Shown here in pieces: positions 37,580 through 51,183 of a stretch of DNA of 64,000 nt; position 1 is the stretch's first letter, and each line of letters opens with the position of its first letter. The notes beneath the pieces were generated by a model. The model did not search any database. It was given only the letters and a program-made list of their open reading frames with translations, and had not been told where the DNA came from. The DNA comes from Lama glama. Its lineage: Eukaryota. The translations under genes were made by a program, and so were the position numbers. The stretch is taken from the NCBI GenBank assembly GCA_028534125.1, contig CM052817.1:21516001-21580000 (forward strand), in the 5' to 3' direction.

Positions 37580-40500
37580 TTTTAATCTAAAAATAAAATG
37601 AATTTTGATAACATTAAATAAAAATAATGCTTATATATAACATCTCATAGTATTTAGTATGTATGCAGTGATGGTTTTAAACAGATTTTCATAATTTTTA
37701 AGATTTTTAGAAAGTCTTTTGATAATCTAGACAATGGTCAGAAATTCATGGAAACTGGAATGTTTTCTTATTGTTAGAAGGAAGGACAATAATTAGGAAA
37801 TAATCCTTCTTTATTTCCTTAGTGAAGGTGATTTCTCCAGTTAACAATTCCTGATCCCATGTCTGTCTTGGGTCCTGATCTGGATTCCAGACCTTTTGTT
37901 ACATTCTCAGTTCCTTCTCCTTTTCTTTCTCCATCCAGACCAATGTCCTTCCTTGTTCTGGCTGACAAATTAATCACACCCTTAACCATTTGACTATAAT
38001 TTTGATGAGCAATAAAGAGCTTCCCAAGTTTAATATTATAAAATTATTTTAAAATTAATGTTGCTGAAGCTTATTTGTATTCTCTGTTGTGTTTAATCTT
38101 AGTCCATTTTTAATCAGGATCAAATTATGTGTTTTCTTCTCAGCAACATAAAAATGTACCTACCTGAGGATTATAATTTATCGGTTTGAATTCATCTTTC
38201 CCTCCTACAACTAGTGTATAACATGGCTTTATGTTTTAAAAAAGCTTAAAAAAGATACATAAATTTAATTAACGCATGTAAAAACAGATAAAAGTGAGTC
38301 TTACCTTTAAATTTTTGTTCAGATCTAAAAGTATCACTTATAAGGAGATGTATATATAGATAGATAGATCATTCTTATATACATATATAGTATGTACTTC
38401 ATCCATTAAACAATATGAACACTAACATAAGATTGAGTCTATTTTATTAAATTTCACCTCAAAATATTTCAATTATTTTCCTTACTGCTTATATTGGACT
38501 GATGAGTCTTTTGAATCTTGTTAATTTATCTGTGTTGTAAAGGAGAATATATGTTGTTTGTATGACTATCATCATCAAAAATTGCATGTTTAGTATCTGG
38601 TATGTCCTAAATCTGTTGAGGATGCTAAATGAGGGGTGGATTGATGATATGATCTATTTCTCCAACTGTCTGTCTGTCCCTATATCTTCTACATCTATCT
38701 CTTTATCTATCTATTCATTAATCAACAGATTATATTTACTCTGTAGAACATCTTGAGCTGATTCAGAAAGACTTTCTTATAGATCTTTCACAACAAACTA
38801 GGCTGTATAATTTTATTTCTTCTTTTTATGCTTGGACTCTAGGGTGATGGGTATTGAACTGACAAGACATGAACATTAGGAATCAAGATGTAACTAAGCT
38901 GGATTATACTTCTCTAGAGAGTGCTTTGATTATGCAATCTGATTACCTTTCAACTTGAATCTCCTGATCCACATGCTATCTAAATTAATCTTTCCTGATG
39001 GGTAGGTAGCTCATTTGGCTTCGTACCCACAGTTTGCACTGCCAAAGGCATGTACTTAAAATAGTTCATTGTTGTAAGTTTTGGATTATTAATGATGTTT
39101 TGAAAAATCATATAACTCTATTATTTTTCTCCAACCAAAATCCATTATTTGAAATTGCCTTATTTTAAGGCTTATTAATTAAAAGAATTTCCTTAATTAA
39201 TGCATTCAACAATGAACAGCCCTGTTAGATTCTAAATATGCTCAGACCATGCTCAATCTTGAGAACCATAAATTATTCTTTCATCTCTTATTTACTGTGC
39301 AATACTACATTTCATGCACGGTGGTTTCTGGCTTTTTTAGACATGTTTTAATTAGATCACAGTATACTTATTGAAATTAAAATCAGGAATCTCTTAACCA
39401 TTTCTTTGTCTGAAAGCCATCTGAAATAAAATGTCTTGACATATAAAATCTACTCAACATACTACTTTTTCTTTACCAGGTTGTACAAGCATACATTATT
39501 CAGGTAATCTGGGTTCTCAATTTCTGGAGTTCTAAGTTCTCTGAGAACTAGGGAAATAATAAGCATTTTGGTTATATGATGTTCTCAAAGCCAAGGATAG
39601 AAGGTAGGGAAATTAAAGTAAAACATACTCTTTGGTTTCCATTTTGCTACAGAAAGTAGCTTAACAAATGTAGTCCACTACAGATCAACTTGGGATCTAA
39701 ATATACAGATTATTTGTCTAAATACTTTTGTCTAAATCTTCATGCATCAACTAGTTTATGCTCATTTTATCGTGGTTTGAGTTTTCTGTGGGAGTAACTA
39801 GGCTTTTATGGGAGTTACTATGTAATAAGAGTATTATATATGAGCAACATTTTATTTAAGATTATTATACTTTCAGTTATTTTTTAAAATAAAAGTGACT
39901 TTTATAATGTCCTAAAATTATAGAAAATTTATCACAAAACATGATATAGGTAAATTCTAAAACAATTCCTAATGAAAATTTTACTTAGAGGCTTGCCAAG
40001 ACACACTAATTTTGTAGAAGTATATTAAAGCCTAAAGATACAATTTACATGGAAAATGGAAAAACTAGACTCATTACTAATGTATTATCCCAAATTGAAA
40101 AAAAAAGATTGAGAGATAAGCATGCAAGTTTCTATAGAAAGAAGTACTAAGATGCAATATTCTCACTAAAAAGCAATATCTCACTTTACCACTGATGATA
40201 AATAGATACGTCATTTTATAGCATCATACTATTGCTGGATTTGGAGGGACCTTTGGGAGGTTCCCTTAGAATGCTTTCCCTACTATAATTGAAAGTGTTG
40301 ATTTTGAAGGAAGATTTTGCTTAGGTAACACTTTGTTCTTCAAGGTTCTGAGTGTCTTAAGTGTGTTCCTAACAAGGGCATAAATATATTTGGTTACAAA
40401 CTTGAATGTGTAGGTGTTTACAACAGTAAAAGTCAACACAAAAATCACTCTGGAAATATTTGAGTCAAATAATTCTAAATTATAAAACTTAAAATGTATC

Positions 40501-41929
40501 ATTTGATTCATGAGAGTTATAGATGAAGGGAATTTTGGAGGAACTAGTTTGATAATCAGGTGCCATGGTGGTGAGATGAGTTATATGCATGACACTTAAG
40601 CCATGAAGTTGAGTGACCAATGCAGAATCTCTGTCCAAGCAATTACTACAAACGTGGCATTGGGCTTCTTGCATCTCAGTTTAATCAGCTGAAAGATGGA
40701 TTGGATAATAACACTTACCCCACAAATTTGTAACAAAGAATTAACACGTAAAAGCACAGCTTAGTAAGAACTCAATGTTCATTATGAAAATATTTACATT
40801 TTACTTAGACTTGAAATATTCTGTGTACATAATGAAGCCTGTATACATCTTTAAGATTTCTATTTGTCTTGGCTACCAAGAGGCGAGGTTATTTTAAATT
40901 AGAGAGACTTAGATTAAATGTAGATGCAACTTTTTTTTTGCCTTCCAGGCAACAAGCAAGGGTTTTTTGTTTTGTTTTCTTGTTTATTTTTAAGAAAAAA
41001 AAATCTCTGAGTCTCCTTAGAGTTTTGGGGTAAGCACAGCTGTGGTGACTAGCTGGTGCCAGGATTGCAGAGTAGAGGCTGAAACTGAGGTGCATTGTTT
41101 GGGGAAGACATAAAAGATAAGGAGACATAAAATTTTAGGTGGTGCCCAAATCAAAGCTGGGGAAGCTGAATTTGGTCATCAAGTTCAAGGAAATAGCACA
41201 GGGTCATGAATAAGTAAAAAAAAATTAACAGAGTCAGAAAGCCAGTATATAGTGAGATGCATAAAAAAGTAAAAATAGATTAGAATAAAGAAAACGATTT
41301 TAAACATTTACTGTGAATTAAATTGGAGGCATGATACTCCTTTTCATTAATACCCTAATTTCTAGCATCAATTTTTACTTTCATATTAATCATTGTGTAC
41401 CTACTGTCAAATTTTATCCTCTTTATCCTTCTCTCTCCCAACATGCCTTTTTTGAATATCTAGGTATCACCTTTACCTGGACCATTTCATGCAAGAATTA
41501 TAGTATAGGTAGGCCTTTTATTATGAATCAATTATAACCTATTTAAACCCTAGGCATGGTATAAATATTAAAATAAAAAGAGTAACCGTTAGATGGCTAT
41601 AAAAAGCTAAGGCAAATTCTCAGCACAACAAATGTGTAGCATCAGTAATAGTAACACTTTTTCTCTACTTGTTAGACCACAAATAGATGAATGGACTCAT
41701 TTATGGACATATTTTCAATAAGACAATGCTAAACCAGCTGAGGGGAAATGATATACTTAAAAGAGTAGGATAGGGGATCTCATATCATTGCCATAGGCAA
41801 GTTGTTGATGGAATTAAGCAGAAACAACTAAGTAGATGTTTATAGAGACTGGATGGGAAGCTCCTGTAATAATGCAAGATATATATTGCAATGATGAAGA
41901 GAAATAGACTTTCACAAGAGTTCTAGAGC

Positions 41930-42155
41930 AAAATAGTGTAGGTGAATATTCTTATGTTGTCACTTACTTTTTGACTGCTCTTGAGCAAGTCACTTACCTA
42001 TGTTGAGGTTTGATTTCTTAATTTGTAAAATAAGGATAAAAATAATACCTAATTATAGTATTATTCAAAGATTAATAAGCTTAATATATGATTTGATATA
42101 TTTAAAGTGCTTGTAAAGTAATTGTGACAAATACTCAATATAGTTTATTAATTGC
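41930..42155 (+). mobile_element. MIR SINE
   Basis: cttgagcaagtcacttaccta...tttcttaatttgtaaaataaggataaaataatacct...tatttaaagtgctt. Confidence 0.75.
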
Positions 42156-42539
42156 TTTTCAAATTTTGCTAGTGATACTATTCTGAGTCTCTTGTAACAA
42201 ACAGGTTAATTAGTTTTTAAGTTCTAGCTTTTTTAGTAGACTTTATGATGAGAAGTTTTCAGACTTGTAATGATAATAAGATAGAAACTGAAATAGTAGA
42301 GAGTCTTAATATTTGGATAAAATAATCTGATTTCTGATGACTAGTCAAACTTAGAGTACTCCAAGTGTTCACAGAATTCTGAAGGGGTACATGGATTTGG
42401 TAGACAGTGTGAACTAAGGGTCAGTATTAGGGTTCTACCAAACATAAAAACTGGAGAAATTACTCAAAAAAAAATTCAGAAGATTTTCAGTCAAATAGTT
42501 CTCAATCCTGACTGCATACAAGACATATTATATCAAGTG

Positions 42540-42615
42540 GTATATATGTACACACACATATACATATATATACACATACATGCATATACATATATATACA
42601 AATATATATCAAGAC

Positions 42616-42660
<45 letters not shown>
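42540..42660. repeat. (TA)n/(TACA)n low-complexity tract
   Basis: Directly visible; perfect TA run at about 42628-42658. Confidence 0.9.
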
Positions 42661-42661
<1 letters not shown>

Positions 42662-42984
42662 CTGATGGAGTAAGTTACAGTCAGGAGGCTGACAGGTTCA
42701 AGACCCAAGATGAGCCAATGTTTCAGTTCAACTCTGAAGACTAGAAGAGACAGATGTCTCAGTTCAAATCCATCAGACAGAAAGTATTCCATCTGAGGCT
42801 TTTTGTTCTATTCAGGCCTTCGATTAATTGCATCAGAGAGAGCAATTTCCTTTCCTTAGTCTACTGATTCACGTGTTAATCTCATCCATAAAAACCCTCA
42901 CAGACACACAGTCAGAACAGTGTTTGGACAAATGTCTGGGCACCCAGTGTCTCAGTCAAGTTGACACTAAAATTAACTATCACA
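42661..42984 (-). mobile_element. ERVL LTR (MLT2B-like)
   Basis: aagacccaagatgagccaatgtttcagttcaa...ttttgttctattcaggccttc...gtctactgattcacgtgttaatctcatcc...cagtcaagttgacactaaaattaactatcaca. Confidence 0.88.
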
Positions 42985-44139
42985 TAGGTTTATTGTATTC
43001 TACTCATGAGTGCATAATCTCTCAATCCTTCTCTCTTTCTCTCTCTTTTGCTACATTTTTATAAAAATGACTATGTTGACAATTAAGTGAAAGTTTGTTT
43101 GTTCCTTACATTAGAAATAGTTGTAACTAATTATAACGAAGTTAAAATTATGCCTTACATGCGAGTTATAAGAAAACAAACTCTAACAGTTTATTGATGG
43201 GGGCATAGAAATTTGAGTGAATTGCCTTTTATTTGTATTATTATTAACATGTAAAGTATCATTTAATCAACAAATAATAATAATAATTTTTATTAATTAG
43301 AAAAGAAGCAAAAATATATGACCTGCCTTCTAAATTGACCAGAATATCACAGAATGTGATATTTTGAGCTGACTGTAACACCAAAAATGTTAGCTTAGAA
43401 CTCACTGGGAAATAGTAGCTATATTTAGAGCTTACTCTGTACCTGGAAGTTTAATAATGTCTCTATTTGTGAAGGGATTCTAACCTGAATAGAACAGAAT
43501 ATCAAAATACTGCATTAGACGTTAGTTATTCTTAAGAGTATCAATTTACTAATCCCTGTAACTCCTATCACCATAGGAATATCTGGCGAAACATCTTTCT
43601 CTCTTGTAGCCTGAGTTATGCCTACCAGGCACTTATTTTGCAAGGTTTTCATACTTTTTAGGAAAGAATTCACTCAAAGTCGCTGACTCTGCTAATTTCA
43701 AGGTGGTTGACAGAGATGTATTTTATTATCTATATGTTTCTGTGGGAATCACCACCTACACAATGCACTCTGGCTATGATGTAGACACAATTTTGGGAAC
43801 CATATTTTTTAATATTAAATGCCTACCCATTCGTTTCATGTGAGTCATGTAACAAAGTGGAAGTGCAGAAACACAATCCATGTGCTAAACACACAAGCAC
43901 TCTAGTTACTGCCAAAGGCCGAAAACAAGTGACTCTCGAGTGGAAGTACAGAAAGAATATAAAATGAGGAAATTAGTAAACAAGGAAAAGGGAAAACTCT
44001 TTTTCCCAAAATGCCTGAGTTTGTGAGCCGATTTTATTCTTACCCTATTCTATAAAACCATTACCTTTATTATTATTAATTCAATAGTGTGTACCTTGGA
44101 GAAAGACAGACCCATTTATTTAATAGTTTATAAGAACTT

Positions 44140-44285
44140 TAGAGGCTTTTTATTTATTTATTTTGGGGGGGGAGGTAATTAGGTTATTTATCTATTTATT
44201 TACTTTTAGAAGAGGTACTGGGGATTGAACCCAGGACCTTGTACACACTAAGCATGCACTCTACCACTTGAGCTATACTCTCCCC
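44140..44285 (-). mobile_element. tRNA-Ala-derived SINE (camelid Vic-1 type) with a 16-bp TSD
   Basis: Reverse complement reads ggggagagtatagctcaagtggtagagtgcatgcttag...ggtcctgggttcaatccccagtacctc...cctaattacctccccc. The direct repeat tagtttataagaactt lies at 44124-44139 and 44289-44304. Confidence 0.95.
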
Positions 44286-45059
44286 TATTAGTTTATAAGA
44301 ACTTGATCTTTCTTTTTTGTGATAACAAAATGGCCATCTTTTTACTCTTTGTGTTGGTCTTGCTATTAAACTGACACGGTAACTGTGCCTAGATACTTAG
44401 TCAGTAGTAGGCATTGCCGGTAGCGCTTTAACATGGCATTGCATCTTAAACTTGTTTTCCAAGGGCACAAATTTCAAGAAAGTTGTGAAATGTTCACTTG
44501 TGATTCAAACTGTATGATTTACAAACACCAATATTTGCTCTGAAGCAGAAATTAGAAACTTCTAGATCTTAAGAGCATGACAAGGCAGTCTCAAATATTC
44601 AAATGATAACTGAATTTTCAATTTGGGAAATACTCCTTAACATATAATAAAATTAAAGGACCTAAAATAAGCTCTTCTAATAACAACTCAGACCCCCAAA
44701 TTCTCACTCTTTTGTCCAAGCCTTTTTATTGAAAGCTTTTGTAGGTGTAACACTGTAATTGATGCTTTAGCAAGAATATGCGTATGAAAGCAATAAAAAA
44801 ACATAGTCCTAAATTTCAGGAAGCATGGAATTTATTTGTGCAGACCATAAAGAATTATACCCTCACTTAAGTCATGCTAACTATTAGTGGGTTCAGGTGT
44901 TTTAGAAGTAATAATACTGATATTATTTAATGATGCAATAATAATTCCCAAATTGAAATAATATTTCACTGCTTAAACAGAAAATATTCAGACATTTGTG
45001 TTTCCAAAAAAACTTAGTGCTTTCTGACCCCAAAACGTAAGACGGCTCATAGATCTTTC

Positions 45060-45500
45060 AGTTTAACAAGCAAAAGGATTAAAATACAAACATTTATTTC
45101 AAATCATGATAAAATATATTTAATAAAATTTAAAATCCATTCTTAATATATTTCTTATTGAATTAGTATTATATTTAATATAGTATAGATTTATCGTATC
45201 AACAGTTGATACTACGTATAATGATGGTACATTAGAGGAATTCTAAATAAAATTAGGAATAGGCAAGGAATTTTTAGGGCCATCAGTATGATTTTACTGT
45301 ATTCTTTGGCTCTAACTTGTATACCACAACAGGAAACAAAATAAGAATAATAGATATTAGAGGAGGCAATGTCATTTTGGAAGGCCAGATATTTGCCTAT
45401 TTAGAAAATACAAACCAATAACATATGAAAGATATCAGAATTAACAATGTAATTCATTAAGCACACTAGAAAAATAAATATATATAGATTAACAGGTATC
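45060..45500 (+). mobile_element. Highly degenerate ancient L1 ORF2 fragment
   Basis: Weak RT-region similarity: taatgatggtacattagaggaattc...aaattaggaataggcaaggaa...gtcattttggaagg...atatttgcctatttagaaaat. Confidence 0.5.
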
Positions 45501-45505
45501 TTACT

Positions 45506-45955
45506 GTATTTTTCTATTACTGCCTAAAATTTTGTTCCAAAATCTAGGAGTTTAAAACAACAAATATTTATTATCTCAGTTTCTGAGAGTCAGAAATACG
45601 GAAGCTGCTTAGCTGGGTGATTCTGGCTCACAGTCTCTCAAGAGGCTGCAGTCAAGCTGTCAGCCTGGTCTGTAGCCAACTCAAGACTAAGGTTGAAGTA
45701 CATGTTTCTAAGCTCACTAATGTAGTTGTTGATAGGGCTTGGCTCCCAACAAACTGTTTGAGGAGGAAAGATACATAGAGAGACATAAAGCCCAAAGTGG
45801 ACGTCCAAGTCCAAATCAATCTCAGAATTGACATACCATAGCTTCTACCCTATGTCATTTGTCATACAGATCAACCCTAGTACAATACGGTAGGACACTC
45901 TGTATATGTCAATATCAGGAGTTAGGGGTCATTGTTAGACATTCTAGAGGCTGCA
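45506..45955 (-). mobile_element. ERVL-MaLR solo LTR (MLT1F/G-like)
   Basis: ttaaaacaacaaatatttattatctcagtttctgagagtcagaaat...gcttagctgggtgattctggctcacagtctctcaagaggctgcagtcaagctgtcagc. Confidence 0.85.
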
Positions 45956-46035
45956 AGGAGAGCAGTGAAAAAGTAAATTATACACACACACACACACACA
46001 TTGACAAAGTTCCGGGTACAAATGAAGCAGATATA

Positions 46036-46496
46036 CAGATCTGAGTTGAAAATATCGTAAGTTGAAAATGCATTTAATACACCTTGCCTACCAAACAACA
46101 TAACTTAGCCTAGCTCATCTTAAACGTGCTCGGAACACTTACATTAGCCTACAGTGGGGCAAAATCATCTAACCCAAAGCCTATTTTACAACAAAATATT
46201 GAACATCTAATGAAATTTATTGAATGCTGTACTGAAAGTGAAAAACAGAATAATTGTGTGGGTCAGAATGGTTGTTAAGTGTATTGGTTTTCTGCCCTTG
46301 TGATCACGTGACTGGCTGGAGCTGTGGCTGTCTGCTGCTACCCAGCATTACTAGTCTGGTACTGCAACTCGCCAGCCTCAGGGAAAGGAAAACAATTCAG
46401 AATTCAAAGCACAACTCCTACTAAAAGCATATTGCTTTTGCACCATCTTAGAGTCAAAAATCTTAAGTCAAACCATTGAAAGTTGGGAACCATCTG
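46036..46496. mobile_element. Tigger5/MER47 (TcMar-Tigger) non-autonomous DNA transposon
   Basis: Termini ta|cagat ... atctg|ta give a TA target duplication. Body gttgaaaatatcgtaagttgaaaatgcatttaatacacc...cttaaacgtgctcggaacacttacattagcctacag matches recalled MER47. Confidence 0.9.
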
Positions 46497-47908
46497 TATA
46501 TATGTATCAAAGGTATATTTATTATGGTCTATACCTCCAGTCCCTAATACAGTTAGCCACTAGCCACCTGTGGCTATTTTTCCTTAGTTTCACTCACTAC
46601 CTTTAAAGTACTGAAAAGCCACATATATGACTACTGGCTACAGACACAGAAATAGAAAATGTTTCATTCAACATAGAAAGATAATTTATATTTCACATCC
46701 ATGAGGGGTAGAGAGAAAGCACTTCAAAATACTAACTTAACACAAGTTTTTAAAAACATTTGTGTGTGGTTAAATACAATGTAGATAGAAAGAGACTGAA
46801 AAAATGAGTTGTGCTCACGTTTGGTTTAATAGAATAAAGCTTAGATATTAGAAAAGTTCCTGCTTACAAAAATGAAAAGAAATCTAACTTGGATAGGCAG
46901 GGTTTAAATTTAAATGGAAAGTAAACATTCATTTGACAATATCATTCAATATCCAAATGCAAATTTAAACTTAAATAGCTGAATGTATGATTATTATACA
47001 AAGTAAGTACCCAAATGAGGTAAATTTTTATTCCTCCTCTTGGAGTTACTGTATTATTTATACACATAAAACATGAACTTTGCATTTGAAATATTAGACC
47101 ATGATGCTGTTTTGGAACATTTAATCTCATCAACAGCTTCATTTTTCTGTAGCATTATGTAATTTAATAAACTGCCCATTGGTGATCAAGAGAAATTACC
47201 AGCTTAGCTGGTAGAATAACACATTATCAATGTGTCCTTATGTCAAAATACCCTTATATTTTTGTCAAAGTCAATGTCTACTTTAACAGTTATTTTAACA
47301 TTATTAAAATTCAATGATACAAAACAACTTTACCTGTTACCACGTGAGAATTTTCAAACTGACTGTTTTCAATTTCAGTTTCTTTGTAACTGTTTAAAAA
47401 GCCAAAACAAAACAAAACAATGCTCCTACTGCTGCGTATTTCCGAGGAGGAATACACCTAATGGTTGTTAGACTAATACTCTGAGAAATTCACCATGACT
47501 TTTCTTTCCTGAACTGGGTTGCGTTTTCTAGATGCACAAACTCTTCAATGTATCTTGATGTATTTTTATATAAAGAAAAACATCTCACATGCTTCACTTA
47601 TGCCAGTGTGTGAAGGTTTTGGAAACTCTTAGTGAAAGAAAAGAAACGTGGCCAAGTGAAAAGAGGTAGGATAAACGTTAAGGCTGAGTGCCTACATCTT
47701 TCAAGGTGGCAGGAAGCAAGGCCCCTTTGTGCAGTAAATGAAATCTGACAACCTAGCCCAGAGCTAGGTACGCTCTCAAAACCACTTCTGCAATCATGTT
47801 GAATTAGGTCATAGGATCTTGCGCAGCATAATCCAAATTAGTTTTTTTTTCTGCCTTTCCTATTAAAAAGGGTATATTAATATTCACCTGTTTAAAAAAG
47901 AAATTACA

Positions 47909-48337
47909 TGTGTCTTTTTTTTTAGATTCCACATATAAGTGATATCATATGGTATTTTTATTTCTCTGTCTAGCTCACTGCACTTAGTATGAAGACCTGA
48001 ACTTATTTACAAAACTGAGACAGACTCACAGACATAGAAAAGAAACTTATCATTACCGGGGGAAAGAGGGTGGGGAGGGATAAAATGGGAGTTTGGGATT
48101 TGCAGATACTAAATATTACACATAGAATAGATAAACAACAAGGTCCTACTATATATATAGCACAGGGAACTACATTCAATACCTTGTAATAGCCTATAAT
48201 GAAAAAGAATATAAAAAGGAAATATATATATATATATATATATAAGTGAATCACTATGCTGTACACAAGAAATTAACACAACATTGTAGATCAACTATAT
48301 TTCAATACAAAAAAAGGGCACAACTCAAAAAAAAAAG
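47909..48337 (+). mobile_element. 5'-inverted, truncated lineage-specific L1 insertion with TSD
   Basis: Antisense piece at 47909-47995, sense 3'UTR at 47998-48315, then A tails. TSD aaagaaattaca at 47897-47908 and 48338-48349; the target is ttt/aaaaaa. Confidence 0.93.
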
Positions 48338-48654
48338 AAAGAAATTACAATTGACATACATGTGATGGCTATCGAAGAGTTGGCACTCAGTAAATTGAAT
48401 CCTTTGTGGTTGTATTTGAAATATTATTTCCAAATATGGGACAAACGCAGCTAAAAAGGGTATTAAGCCTCAGTAATCTTTTTGTAATTGATCACATTTG
48501 TTGGAGAAAGAGAGACATGTAGATAAGCAGAGATGAGGCCAGGGCTTCTGATAATGTCAATACCTACTTTCTCTTCTCTCATAGAAATCAAGAACTCCTG
48601 GCTAAGTCTGATGAGAATTTGTGAGGAATCCAATATTTATAAAACAAGAAACTG

Positions 48655-48900
48655 AACATGGTTAAGATCTAGGATCTATAATCCTTCAGACTTGGACCCT
48701 GACTCCTGTTCCATAATTTATAATCTTTGTGATTTTGCCAAAATTAAGTCTTTCTAAGCTTCACTTTTTTTAACCTCTAAAATGAGAAAAATATTCCTAT
48801 TTCACTTATAGGATTACTGTGCCAAGTATAAATAAAATAATTATGAATTATTCCTAGCTGAGTCTCTTGCTCATATTAAGTAACCAATTAATTATTATAA
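48655..48900 (+). mobile_element. MIR SINE
   Basis: atggttaagatctagg...ctttctaagcttcac...tctaaaatgagaaaaatatt...ataggattactgtg. Confidence 0.65.
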
Positions 48901-50613
48901 TGATTATTATTTCACCAGACTAATTTCCATATCAAATCTTAACCTTGAGAGAGGCCTCTGGTCTGAGATCAGTGAATTACCTTCAGAACACACTCAAAAA
49001 CCTATGTCTTAAACTTTGGCCTCTAATGATAGACTCACCCAGGTTCTTTGACAGTTAACTGCTGTGTTGTTACTTTTTATCTTAACACATTTTAGTGTTC
49101 ATTTAATTTTGTACTTAAGCCTCGAGTTGTTTCAAATATGAATGGAACATATGTTCTTTTAAACCACATGGAATAGGTTAATTGTTAAAATATGAAAACC
49201 ATGCTTTCAACTTGAAAAGATCTCCACTTTTTCTGATATAAATAATCCTAGGAATTGGGTTTTACCTTTGGCTTTTGCTAGACTTTGAGCAGTTTTAGAC
49301 TTCTTTTAAATAAAAGTCATGTTCTCTTCATGGCAATGACTTTTGACAATAAAAAGTCACTTTTATTACAGTAGGAAATTACTAAAGACAAGTAGTCCAT
49401 ACCTGGCTGTTGAGACAATAAACAACTACCTTGTTCTGGGAAGTAAAGTTTCTTTGTGTCAGTTGATATAATAGGTCCCAACAGACTTAACTGAGACACA
49501 GTGTCCCTGTGGGAACACAAGTGGGGAAAACATCCCCGTTTCAGTTTTCTTCCAGTCTTATGATGTTTGCCTATCAAAAGTTTATAGTTCATTTCAATGA
49601 CAAATTGCTGATTGAATACATACCATGGGAATCAGAACAATAGAGCAGACAAGAATATCAACTTTGGAATCCCTCCCTGAGGTACTAACCTTACACTTGG
49701 CAAGATGCCATGTCTCCTTGCCTGTAACTTTCCTTCACTGTAACATATGAAAAATATCAACTTATCCAAATAAATATAGCGTTAAATGAGATGGTTCATG
49801 TACAATGTCTGGCACATAAAAAATGAGATAATTCTCCTCTGCACATCGTGTTGCCATTCTTATCATTCTTATCTTTTTTTTATAATGCGTCAGTGCTATA
49901 GATAAAAATAGACAATTATTCAAACTAAATGTTACTTTATTAATAAAGCCTTTATCTTCTATTCAGAAAGGCTCTCTCTCCTCATTCCTGTGATACTCTG
50001 CCCTGCATTTTATATGGTTCCATATGTGTCTATGTCTTGAAGATGATAAAAGTCTTGGGATCTGTGTTATCCTCTGAAACTTCACCCCTGCAGTGCTTTT
50101 TCCTTACAACATGACCAGCAAAGCATCCGTGGCACAAATGCTTTCAAAAAGGAAGGGAGAGGGGAAGAGAGGAGAGCAGAAGGGGGTATGCAGACAAAAG
50201 GAGTGGAACTGAATAGCATGAAATTAAAAGATTTGAAGAGACTCTGACATATTACACCCACTAAGGAAGAAAGAGGTTCTCTGCTCTAGAAAGAGGCTGC
50301 TTCTAATTTCTTCGCTTCTTTTTCTTCTATTTATTTATTTTTAATCTTGAATTCTTCAGAGTAAAAGTAGTTTTGGCCCACACATCTCAAACAGTTGATC
50401 ACTTTAGATAAGCTCTGATTAGGACGCAACTTGTTCTTCCTTGAAGCTAGCAGTTTAAACCATCATCCTTCAATAACGCAATATGAACTAAAGTTGGAAG
50501 GGTGATTTGATCTCTAGGATAAGCCCCAGCAAATGATTACATCACGGAAGAGACTTTTTTTCATTTATACTTTAGACATGTTTTAATTGATTAATGGCAC
50601 AATATACACTTGC

Positions 50614-51183
50614 ATGGTAGCAAACTCTGATGTTGCATATCCAATGGTAATTTCCCCTTCTCCCTTGTTAATTGTCCCTGATTTATTTTATGTGTCCATG
50701 ATTTTTCACATACCTCAGGAAAAAGTTATCCTCAGCCTTACCAACTGAAGCCAATCTTAATTAATCTGGAGCAATGGTCTAATCTCCCTTTCCAATGATT
50801 ATATCCTGTAGGTAATGCAACACAGTTCTCACCAATGAGGCATGGGAGAAATTTTCTGGGATTTTAGGAAATATATTTTGGTTATTAACAAAAGGGAGAC
50901 CAAGATGAAAGTGTTTCTCTCTCTCTTTTTTGTCTCTAAACAACAGTGCATATGGTTGTGATGCCTGAAGCTGATGCAGCAGTAGCGGACAAGAGGTAAC
51001 TAACAAGCCTGCTGAGGCTGGCAGGATAAAAAGACGGAAAGAACATGAGTGGGCTCCTAGTGACATTATTGAGATGTGAATTCACCAGCAGAACTTACTA
51101 TGTGAGATGATAAACATCTTTATTTTTTAGCTATTTTGACTTTGAGTTTTTAGTTACTTGCAGGAAACATATCTTATATAACA
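50614..51183 (+). mobile_element. ERVL-MaLR solo LTR (MLT1J-like)
   Basis: cacagttctcaccaatgag...tgtgatgcctgaagctgatgcagc...gctgaggctggcag...ggaaagaacatgagt...tgacattattgag...gttacttgcag. Confidence 0.8.
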
